Positions 54,151 through 61,393 of a stretch of DNA of 64,000 bases are shown here, piece after piece (position 1 is the stretch's first letter; every line of letters starts with the position of its first letter). Under the pieces are notes generated by a model. The model saw only the letters and a program-made list of their open reading frames with translations. It ran no database searches and had not been told where the DNA came from. Origin of the DNA: an uncultured Candidatus Saccharibacteria bacterium. GTDB lineage: Bacteria; Patescibacteriota; Saccharimonadia; Saccharimonadales; Saccharimonadaceae. The translations under genes and the position numbers were made by a program. The DNA lies in the NCBI GenBank assembly GCA_938036625.1, contig CALHQH010000046.1, positions 11,034 through 75,033 of the forward strand, given 5' to 3'.

Positions 54151-56583
54151 CTACTCCTCCTTCCCTTCCTCTTGTTTCTTGCGTGTGCGGTAGAAGCCAC
54201 CAAAGCCCACGCGCTTCGCATCTTGGTGGAGTTTTTGCTCGGTTTTGTTAGCGCGAATGGAGACCTGCTCGGACTGGTGGCGTGGCTTCACGTGCAAATA
54301 ATACGTCGTTTTCAGGCCGCGACGCCAGGCTTCACTGTAGATCGTAATATACTCCTCGATATTACGCGATTCTAAATACATATTGCGGCTAATCGCTTGA
54401 TCGACCCACTTCTGAGCGCGGGCCGCCACCTCGATGAAGGCGTAGGGGCTCAGCTGAAAGCTCGTCTTATACACATCGCGCACCGCCTGAGGGATCTGCT
54501 CCATGTGCTGGATGTCGCCTTGGTTAGTAAGCAGCTCATCCTTGAGCTCCTCCCACAAGCCGAGGGCTTTGAGCTTGCGCACCAGGTTAGCATTAACCTC
54601 GAGGAATTTGCCATTGAGCGTGCTCCGGCTAAAGATCTGGCTAAATTGCGGGTCGATCCCTGGAGTGGTGCCCGTCACGTGCGAGATATTGGCGGTAGGC
54701 GCGATGGCCATCAGCGTGGCATTGCGCATGCCGCGTTGCACCTTGGAGCGGAGCGCCTCCCAGTCGAGGCGGCGAGTCGTGTTAATTGCTACTACTTCAC
54801 CCCGCTGCGCGCCAAGCCGGTCGATCGTGTCGATAGGCAATTCCCCCTTGCTCCAGCCACTGCCAGCAAAGTTAGGATAGCTACCGCGCGTCACTGCCAG
54901 CTCGGCCGACTCATCGATGGCATAGTAGCTAATAAACTCCGCCAATTGGTCAACCAGCTCATACGCCGCCTCAGATTCGTAGCTCAGCTCGAGCTTCTCT
55001 AGCACATCAGCCAGGCCCATAAAGCCCAGGCCAATCGCCCGGTTTTGCAGATTGCTATTCATCGCTTCAGGGATGGGTGTTGTGGTAATGTCTACAAGGT
55101 TATCAAGCTGGCGCGTGGCCGAGCGCGTGGCCTGCTCGAGCCGTGGCCAATCCCACGTCTTGGTCGCGTCATCCAGGAAAGCGCTGAGGTTAATACTCAC
55201 CAGATTACACACCGCAATATTGTGCTCATCTTGCGGCAAGGTGATCTCTGTACAGAGGTTGCTGAGGTGAATAGTACCAGTGTTATTGTTAAGCGCCCGG
55301 AGATTGATGGCGTCCTTCCAGGTGAGCCATGGGTGGCCGGTCGCCTGCAAACTACTCAGAATTCTGTGGAATTGCTGGCGCGCAGGTAGCTTGTCATAAG
55401 CGCGTAGCTTACCCGCTTCGGCCTGGGTGATGTAATACGCATACCGCTTAGCGAAAGCCGCACCATACAGCTCGCTCAAGTCACTCACCTCAGCTGGGTC
55501 AAAGAGATACCAGTCTTCATCAGCCTGCACCCGGCGCATAAATTCATCGCTAATAAACACCGCCGTGTCGAGGTAGCGTGTCCGCAAATACGGGTCGCCG
55601 GAGTTTGAGCGTAGGTCGATGAATTCTCTAAAATCGATGTGCCAGTTCTCCATATACACCGCTGCCGCACCCATCTTTTTGCCTTTGCGCGACACCGCAA
55701 ACAGTGCCGTGTCGACCATCTTCATAAAGGGGATTGGCCCGGTACTTGTTGTATTAGTTGTCTTGACGGGGCTACCCGCCGCCCGCAGCTTCGTAAAACT
55801 GACACCGATACCGCCTGTCCCTTTAGCAATCCACATTGTATCGCGCACACTCTTGGCAATCGACTCCATATCATCCTGCACTTCCATGACGAAGCAGTTG
55901 CTCAGCTGCGGGAACAACCCACCAGCATTGACGCGAGTGCTACCGCCCGGGCTGTATTCGAGATTAGCCATGTGCTGGTAAAACTCAATGGCTGCCTCGG
56001 TGGGGTGCTCCTCGTTGTAACTCAGTCCCATGGCAATGCGCATGGTGGTAAACTGCGGCACTTCGAGCGGCTCACCGTTTTGCTTGCGCAGGGCGTAGCG
56101 ATTGCGGTTGGTCACCACGCCAAGATATTTACTCAGTCTGTCTTTACTCGGGTCAAGTGCAGCAGCCAGGTGCTCGAGGTCGAAGATTGTCTCATCTTGC
56201 ATGCGCGGGTCGAGCAAACCGTCGGCCACCGCCTGGCGAATATAACGCGGGAAGGCCTCCCTATGACGCTGGCGCAGCTCTTCATCAGTGGTATATACGC
56301 CCAGCAAATCGCGGTAGATCGTGCCCAGCAGCAGGCGCGCCGCAATCGTATCGTAGTCTGGGTCATCCTTGATGTTCTGCACCACCGTCTGGATGAGCGT
56401 CTCTTCCAGCTGCTTGGTCGTCATCCCATCAAAGAGCGTCAGCTGTAGCTCGCGAGCGATCTGCACAATCTTCTGTAACGGATCGGCCAGCCCCTGGCTT
56501 GCCGCCAACAACGTGGCATTTATCTTGGTTGTGTCGAATGGCTCGGTCGTGCCATCGCGCTTGGTAATATGAATTGTCATCAT
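54151..56583 (-). CDS. nrdA: ribonucleotide reductase catalytic subunit, class I, with N-terminal ATP-cone
   Basis: ATP-cone ITKRDGTTEPFDTTKI. Active-site motifs LSNCFVME, NLCTEITLP, AVCNLVSINL and TTYYLH. SD AAGGAG..GGAGGG before ATGATG at 56583. Confidence 0.95.
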   Translation of the reverse strand: MMTIHITKRDGTTEPFDTTKINATLLAASQGLADPLQKIVQIARELQLTLFDGMTTKQLEETLIQTVVQNIKDDPDYDTIAARLLLGTIYRDLLGVYTTDEELRQRHREAFPRYIRQAVADGLLDPRMQDETIFDLEHLAAALDPSKDRLSKYLGVVTNRNRYALRKQNGEPLEVPQFTTMRIAMGLSYNEEHPTEAAIEFYQHMANLEYSPGGSTRVNAGGLFPQLSNCFVMEVQDDMESIAKSVRDTMWIAKGTGGIGVSFTKLRAAGSPVKTTNTTSTGPIPFMKMVDTALFAVSRKGKKMGAAAVYMENWHIDFREFIDLRSNSGDPYLRTRYLDTAVFISDEFMRRVQADEDWYLFDPAEVSDLSELYGAAFAKRYAYYITQAEAGKLRAYDKLPARQQFHRILSSLQATGHPWLTWKDAINLRALNNNTGTIHLSNLCTEITLPQDEHNIAVCNLVSINLSAFLDDATKTWDWPRLEQATRSATRQLDNLVDITTTPIPEAMNSNLQNRAIGLGFMGLADVLEKLELSYESEAAYELVDQLAEFISYYAIDESAELAVTRGSYPNFAGSGWSKGELPIDTIDRLGAQRGEVVAINTTRRLDWEALRSKVQRGMRNATLMAIAPTANISHVTGTTPGIDPQFSQIFSRSTLNGKFLEVNANLVRKLKALGLWEELKDELLTNQGDIQHMEQIPQAVRDVYKTSFQLSPYAFIEVAARAQKWVDQAISRNMYLESRNIEEYITIYSEAWRRGLKTTYYLHVKPRHQSEQVSIRANKTEQKLHQDAKRVGFGGFYRTRKKQEEGKEE

Positions 56584-56684
56584 CCCTCCCCTTGGGCTCC
56601 TTACTATACGGTGCACAAAACCAGCCACCAGGGCACGCCTGGAGCCAAGCTGTATTGTTTGTCTCTCCCGTGTTTATGTGTGCT

Positions 56685-56740
56685 CGCTATATATGTAGCG
56701 TCTATCCCCTACTATAGACGCCAGATGTGGTGCTTGGCAA
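56685..56740 (-). promoter_or_regulatory. candidate nrdA promoter (TTGCCA-N18-TATAGT) overlapped by two dyads
   Basis: On the minus strand, -35 is at 56740..56735 and -10 at 56716..56711. The dyads are GCGTCTAT-N8-ATAGACGC (56698-56721) and CGCTATATAT-G-TAGCG (56685-56700). Confidence 0.45.
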
Positions 56741-56814
56741 GGGGTTTTGTGAAAACTACAACCGATTTTGCGAGCGACCTCTGTGGGTGCTGGTGGCACA
56801 CCATGGCCTTGGGT

Positions 56815-56887
56815 AAAAAATATCTGGAGGCCAGCGTTAGTGCAAGCGGGTAGAGTTCTATTGCACTATCCGTGCCAGAATATTATA
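56815..56887 (+). repeat. structured repeat copy C (truncated; lacks the outer stem)
   Basis: AAAATATCTGGAGGCCAGC..GCAAGCGG is shared with copy A. The apical stem is AGTGCAA/TTGCACT. Confidence 0.6.
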
Positions 56888-56906
56888 TAAAGCAACAGCT
56901 ATGCCA

Positions 56907-57007
56907 CTCTATCACCAGACCGAAAATGTTCCGGCCAGATTATACTATAGTGATTTTCCGCTCGCTGAGTGGCTGGCCTCCAAATATTTTCTTGTCTGGT
57001 GATAGAG
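56907..57007 (-). repeat. structured repeat copy B (about 101 nt), inverted relative to copy A
   Basis: The reverse complement aligns with copy A at roughly 85% identity. Perfect 14-bp outer stem CTCTATCACCAGAC/GTCTGGTGATAGAG. Confidence 0.7.
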
Positions 57008-57090
57008 CAGCTTGGTGTATAGTAAGTAATTTTGATAATGGCTTACCGCCACTAGTGCAAACTATCTCTCGCACTACTCCAATGGAGTGT

Positions 57091-57111
57091 AAAAACCGGT
57101 CGCAATGACCG
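57091..57111 (-). terminator. terminator of the 57233..58702 gene
   Basis: CGGTC pairs with GACCG, followed by GTTTTTAC on the minus strand. Confidence 0.45.
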
Positions 57112-57232
57112 ATTTTCAGCCCAGCGCAAGAGGTCGATCCCTGGAAGATATCGACCATTATAGCGATCTATCGAAGGGAGTGTGGGGAGGGTGAGCGTGA
57201 GATACAGCGCATTAACTAACGAGTGTACATCA

Positions 57233-58702
57233 CTAAGAGCGCCCATTACGCTCAGACACCTCCCGACACTCCTGCCGGAGCCGCTCGAGAGGGGCATAAT
57301 CATCATGGTACGGCGGCTGGCTAGCGAAGGGAGCTGGCTGGTGAGCGGTGCCACCACCGTACGTCGCCACGACATTAGTATATTCCCAGCCATCTGCCCG
57401 CTCGTAGCGGAAGCTCCCCTGCCCCAATAGAGCAGCATACGGCGCATCCTGAGCAGCAAACAGTGGCTGGCAGGCTGGCTGGCGGCTGGCAATCATATTA
57501 ACCACCACACGGGCGTGCGGGCGAAGATGCCGCTTGAGTGCGGTAGCATACTCTTGTGTTGCCAGCGAGGTGGGTACATCGCCATCGTTATAGACATCAA
57601 CGAGGACGATATCGTACTGCTCGGTGCTGCGCTCGAGGAAGACGCGCGCATCTTGGAAGATCGGCCGCACATTGGCTGGGTCGCGATAATAAAAATACTG
57701 GCGAGCAATCGGCAAGAGCCCTGGATCAATCTCTACTACATCGATCTGACTCTGCGGATAGCGCTGGGCAAGGAGGCGCGGCACCGTGAAGGTCCCACCA
57801 CCCAGCACCAAAATGCGCTGGCGCTGCGGGGCTTGCTCCACCGCCTGCATCATCTGACGCGTGTACCAAAATGGCAGCTGCTGCGGCTGCCCGACTACCA
57901 CACCAGACTGCACGCCGGCCGGGCCACTGGCAATCCCGCGGATAATCGCACCATCCTGCCGATGCCATTGCTGGAGTGTGTAGTGCGCCGCCGCGGTATC
58001 GATCGTCTGCGCAGCCTGGGCTCGCACCACTGGTGCCACGCGATAGCCCAGCGCCAAGCCCACACACAGCACACTCACCACCACGCGCCACTGCCAACGC
58101 TGGCCTGGCACCACCAGCCAGCTGGCTAGCACGAGCAGGCTAATAAGCACCACCAACACGTCGTGAATCCCCAGCCAACCAAACAGGAAAAACCCCGCCG
58201 CAAAGGTGCCAACGATCCCACCAATCGAATTCACCGCACTCAGCGACGCCACCGACCGCCCCGTTCGCGCTAGCGTCTCTGTCTGCCGCTCCACCAGGTA
58301 GGGACTCACTGCTCCCAGCACCAGGCTGGTTGGTGCAAAGAGCAGGCTTGCCGCCACCGTAGCCTGCAGACGAATATCGATCGGCAATTGCGCCACCCAC
58401 CGCAGTATATCGTGGTATTGGCACAGCATTGTTAGTACCAGCAGTGCCGCACCAAGCAGCAGCCAGGCCACATCGCCATCGCGCGAGCGTGCATCGGCCA
58501 ACACGCCGCCCAGCCAGTATCCCAGGCTCATCGCTGCAATAATGACACCAATAATGCTCGCCCACACATAGGTCGACGCCCCCACCACTGGCGACATCAC
58601 CCGCGCTGCCACCAGCTCAAACACCATCACACAAAACCCCGCCACAAACGCAATCACCAAACGTCGATACGGTAGCGGCATTATCAGTCGTTTCAGTTTC
58701 AT
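57233..58702 (-). CDS. fused polytopic membrane domain plus spermidine synthase-like methyltransferase-fold domain
   Basis: About 7 N-terminal TM helices, then ILVLGGGTFTVPR..VVEIDPGL..DIVLVDVYNDGDVP. Confidence 0.7.
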   Translation of the reverse strand: MKLKRLIMPLPYRRLVIAFVAGFCVMVFELVAARVMSPVVGASTYVWASIIGVIIAAMSLGYWLGGVLADARSRDGDVAWLLLGAALLVLTMLCQYHDILRWVAQLPIDIRLQATVAASLLFAPTSLVLGAVSPYLVERQTETLARTGRSVASLSAVNSIGGIVGTFAAGFFLFGWLGIHDVLVVLISLLVLASWLVVPGQRWQWRVVVSVLCVGLALGYRVAPVVRAQAAQTIDTAAAHYTLQQWHRQDGAIIRGIASGPAGVQSGVVVGQPQQLPFWYTRQMMQAVEQAPQRQRILVLGGGTFTVPRLLAQRYPQSQIDVVEIDPGLLPIARQYFYYRDPANVRPIFQDARVFLERSTEQYDIVLVDVYNDGDVPTSLATQEYATALKRHLRPHARVVVNMIASRQPACQPLFAAQDAPYAALLGQGSFRYERADGWEYTNVVATYGGGTAHQPAPFASQPPYHDDYAPLERLRQECREVSERNGRS

Positions 58703-58758
58703 AGGAGTATTGTAGCATGGCTGGCAAGCTATGTTTTTTGGATATTATATCGCTGCTC

Positions 58759-58786
58759 TTTACATCGTACCTCGATATGATATGAT
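58759..58786 (+). promoter_or_regulatory. promoter TTTACA-N16-TATGAT, with the -10 lying 6 nt before ATG 58793
   Basis: Seen directly. No SD. Confidence 0.5.
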
Positions 58787-58792
58787 ATTGTT

Positions 58793-59536
58793 ATGGAAGC
58801 AACAGATTCTATCATCACCGTCAGCCATTTTTCGATGAAATTTGGCAAGACCAGCGTCATCGACGACCTCAGCTTTGAGGTGAAACGCGGCGAGACGTTT
58901 GGGTTTTTGGGGAGCAACGGCTCGGGCAAGACCACCACGATCCGCTCACTCCTCGGCATTTATCAACCAACTGGTGGCAAGCTACTCATCGATGGCACAC
59001 CATACTCTGTCTCGGGCGACGTCAAGCTTGGCTACCTGCCAGAGGAGCGCGGCCTCTACAAGAAGGAGAGCGTCATCGACACGATGATCTACTTTGGCCA
59101 GCTTAAGGGTCTGGGCCGCAGCGAAGCACGTAGCAAGTCGCTCGCCTTCCTCGAGCGGGTTGGCCTGGCCAACAAAGCCAAGACCCGCCTGGACAAGCTC
59201 AGTGGTGGCCAGCAGCAAAAGGTTCAGCTCGGCATCACCATTATCAACGACCCAGAACTCATCATTCTCGACGAGCCCACCAAAGGTTTCGACCCGGTCA
59301 ACCGGCGCTTACTGATGGAGATCATTGAGGAGCACCAAGCCAAGGGAGCCACAGTGGTGATGATCACCCACCAGATGGACGAAGTCGAGCGCCTATGCGA
59401 CCGCGTTCTCTTGCTCAAAGATGGCGTGGCTCATGCCTATGGCACAATAGACGAGGTGCGCACGCAGTTTGGCGGCAAGTCGCTCGACGATATCTTCATC
59501 CAGGTCTATAGCCAGCCCAGCAAGGAGGACAACTAA
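58793..59536 (+). CDS. ABC transporter ATP-binding protein (ABC-2 / NatA-like)
   Basis: Walker A GSNGSGKTT, signature LSGGQQQKVQL, Walker B LIILDEPTKGFD. Confidence 0.9.
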   Translation: MEATDSIITVSHFSMKFGKTSVIDDLSFEVKRGETFGFLGSNGSGKTTTIRSLLGIYQPTGGKLLIDGTPYSVSGDVKLGYLPEERGLYKKESVIDTMIYFGQLKGLGRSEARSKSLAFLERVGLANKAKTRLDKLSGGQQQKVQLGITIINDPELIILDEPTKGFDPVNRRLLMEIIEEHQAKGATVVMITHQMDEVERLCDRVLLLKDGVAHAYGTIDEVRTQFGGKSLDDIFIQVYSQPSKEDN

Positions 59537-59537
59537 T

Positions 59538-60752
59538 ATGCATAACCTATCTACCGTCATCCGCTTCGAGATCACCCGTTCGCTCAAGAAGAAGTCGTTT
59601 TGGCTTGCGGCGATCAGCTTCCCGCTGGTGTTTGCCGTGCTCTTTGGCGTCATCTTCCTCTCTAATAAAGCCTCGGCCGATGCTGCCAAGAACCTCGAGA
59701 AGCAATCCTTTAGCTTTGCTGTGACGGATGAGTCGAAGCTCGTTAAGCCAGAGCTGCTTGCCGCTACCAAAGCCCAGCCCGTCGCTGCCACGGACAAAGA
59801 CGCCACCATCAAGCGGGTCCAAGAAGGCAAGCTCGACGCCTACATCTACTACCCCAAAGACATCGCCAAAGAACGGGTGGAAGTCTACGGCAAAGACGTT
59901 GGGCTCTTCGACAACGGCCGTTACAGTGGTATTGCCACCAGCCTGCTCTCGAACTCTGTCCAATCAGAGGTCAGCCCAGCAGTGCGCATGGTCATCCAAG
60001 ACAAAATTAACACCAAGAATACCGTCTACAAAAACGGCAAAGAATACAACGCCATCAACGAGATGATCCTACCCGGGCTCTTCTTGGTGTTGTTCTACTT
60101 CCTCATTAGCTTCTTTGGCAACCAAATGCTCACCAGCACAACAGAGGAAAAAGAAAACCGCGTCATCGAGATGATCCTCACCACGGTACACGCTCGCACG
60201 CTCATCATCGGGAAGATTATTTCGCTCATCGTCCTGGCGTTTATTCAGGGGTTGCTCGTTATTTTGCCAGTACTCATTGCCTATCTTTTCTTCAAAGATC
60301 AGCTACAGCTGCCTGATGTCGACCTCTCGCACATTGCGGTTGATCCCGTACGGATTGGCATTGGCTTCCTTGCCTTTAGCGCAAGCTTCCTTTTCTTCAC
60401 CGGTATGCTGGTGGCCATTGGCGCCGCTGTGCCCACTGCCAAGGAGGCCGGTAGCTTCTTTGCCACCATCATGATCCTGCTCTTTGCGCCGCTCTATGCC
60501 GCCGCTATGCTCGTCTCCACGCCAGACGCGCTGCCAAGCAAGATCATCACCTATTTCCCACTCACCTCACCCATCCCACTCATGCTGCGTAATGCGATTG
60601 GTAACCTCAGTGCGACAGACGCCGCCATCAGCATTAGCATCTTGACCGTCTGTGCCGCCATCGCCATCATGATGGGCGTGCGCCTCTTCCGCTTTGGTGC
60701 ACTCGAGTACAGCCGCAAGCTCAGCCTGCGCGAGATCTTTACCCGCAAGTAG
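59538..60752 (+). CDS. ABC-2 type transporter permease (NatB-like)
   Basis: ATG lies 1 nt after the ATPase stop. N-terminal TM helix, large loop, and a C-terminal 5-TM bundle. Confidence 0.8.
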   Translation: MHNLSTVIRFEITRSLKKKSFWLAAISFPLVFAVLFGVIFLSNKASADAAKNLEKQSFSFAVTDESKLVKPELLAATKAQPVAATDKDATIKRVQEGKLDAYIYYPKDIAKERVEVYGKDVGLFDNGRYSGIATSLLSNSVQSEVSPAVRMVIQDKINTKNTVYKNGKEYNAINEMILPGLFLVLFYFLISFFGNQMLTSTTEEKENRVIEMILTTVHARTLIIGKIISLIVLAFIQGLLVILPVLIAYLFFKDQLQLPDVDLSHIAVDPVRIGIGFLAFSASFLFFTGMLVAIGAAVPTAKEAGSFFATIMILLFAPLYAAAMLVSTPDALPSKIITYFPLTSPIPLMLRNAIGNLSATDAAISISILTVCAAIAIMMGVRLFRFGALEYSRKLSLREIFTRK

Positions 60753-60816
60753 CAGCACAGCGTGCTAGTCTATTACAGCAAAAAACTGGCACATTACCTC
60801 TATTTCGTGCCTCATA

Positions 60817-60843
60817 ACCCACCGCTTGGTCGGTGGGTTTTGG
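60817..60843 (+). terminator. rho-independent terminator
   Basis: AACCCACCG pairs with CGGTGGGTT, followed by TTGGGTT. Confidence 0.55.
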
Positions 60844-60860
60844 GTTCAATTTTTACCCCC

Positions 60861-60889
60861 TTGACAAAATCCCACATTCTTTCTACTAT
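60861..60889 (+). promoter_or_regulatory. sigma-70 type promoter TTGACA-N17-TACTAT
   Basis: Seen directly, about 40 nt upstream of ATG 60927. Confidence 0.55.
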
Positions 60890-60926
60890 TAACAGTATCG
60901 ATACACTATACAAGAAAGGTCAAACC

Positions 60927-61334
60927 ATGACGCGAGAACACTTCTCCACTCACGAGGATAAAACCGTATCTAGCGCGGTATTGCGAGCTGCCAAAAAAGG
61001 AGCGGCTGTAGTAGCATTGGTACCGGTCGCCGTATTGGACGTAGCAGGCTGCTCCAGTAACGAGAGCTCGGCACCTACCACTGCTAATAGCGAAGAGTGG
61101 ACACAGGTATGGGATGATGGATTTGGTGTTGAGCTCGATAGTACTGGTAAGCGATGTGATGGCCCAAATCTCCTCTACAGGAGTGGAGGCCGTGGTGGAA
61201 ATATTGCAGTCTCCCCCAACGACCCCCAGTGTACCGGTAAAACGCCAGAGAACATCGCGGGTACTCCGAGCCCAGAGGCCGCTGCCACCGACCTAGCCAC
61301 GGCAATCCCAACACCACTGCCAACGCACGAATAG
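60927..61334 (+). CDS. small lipoprotein (135 aa)
   Basis: Signal helix AAVVALVPVAVLDVAG-C (lipobox VAGC). The mature part is Gly/Pro-rich with 3 Cys. Confidence 0.6.
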   Translation: MTREHFSTHEDKTVSSAVLRAAKKGAAVVALVPVAVLDVAGCSSNESSAPTTANSEEWTQVWDDGFGVELDSTGKRCDGPNLLYRSGGRGGNIAVSPNDPQCTGKTPENIAGTPSPEAAATDLATAIPTPLPTHE

Positions 61335-61357
61335 CCTCGTTAGGTTACCACAAGCCA

Positions 61358-61388
61358 AACACTCCGCATATTCTGCGGAGTGTTTTGT
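61358..61388. terminator. bidirectional terminator
   Basis: AACACTCCGCA pairs with TGCGGAGTGTT (11-bp stem), followed by TTGTG. Confidence 0.65.
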
Positions 61389-61393
61389 GTATT

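Noticed and set aside
56629-57232. Cobalamin (B12) riboswitch or another known riboswitch in the 600-bp region upstream of nrdA. B12 riboswitches control class Ia RNR genes in some actinobacteria.
   Set aside because: There is no B12-box-like GCCACUG element or conserved GGGAA..GGUGAAAAUCC core on the sense strand. The best promoter candidate leaves only about a 120-nt leader, and that leader excludes the structured repeats.
59469-59537. The longer ORF-track start (59469) for the ABC-2 permease, overlapping the ATPase gene by 68 nt.
   Set aside because: The extension translates to an S/R-rich string. ATG 59538 lies 1 nt after the ATPase stop and begins a typical permease N-terminus (MHNLSTVIRFEITRSLKKKSFW).
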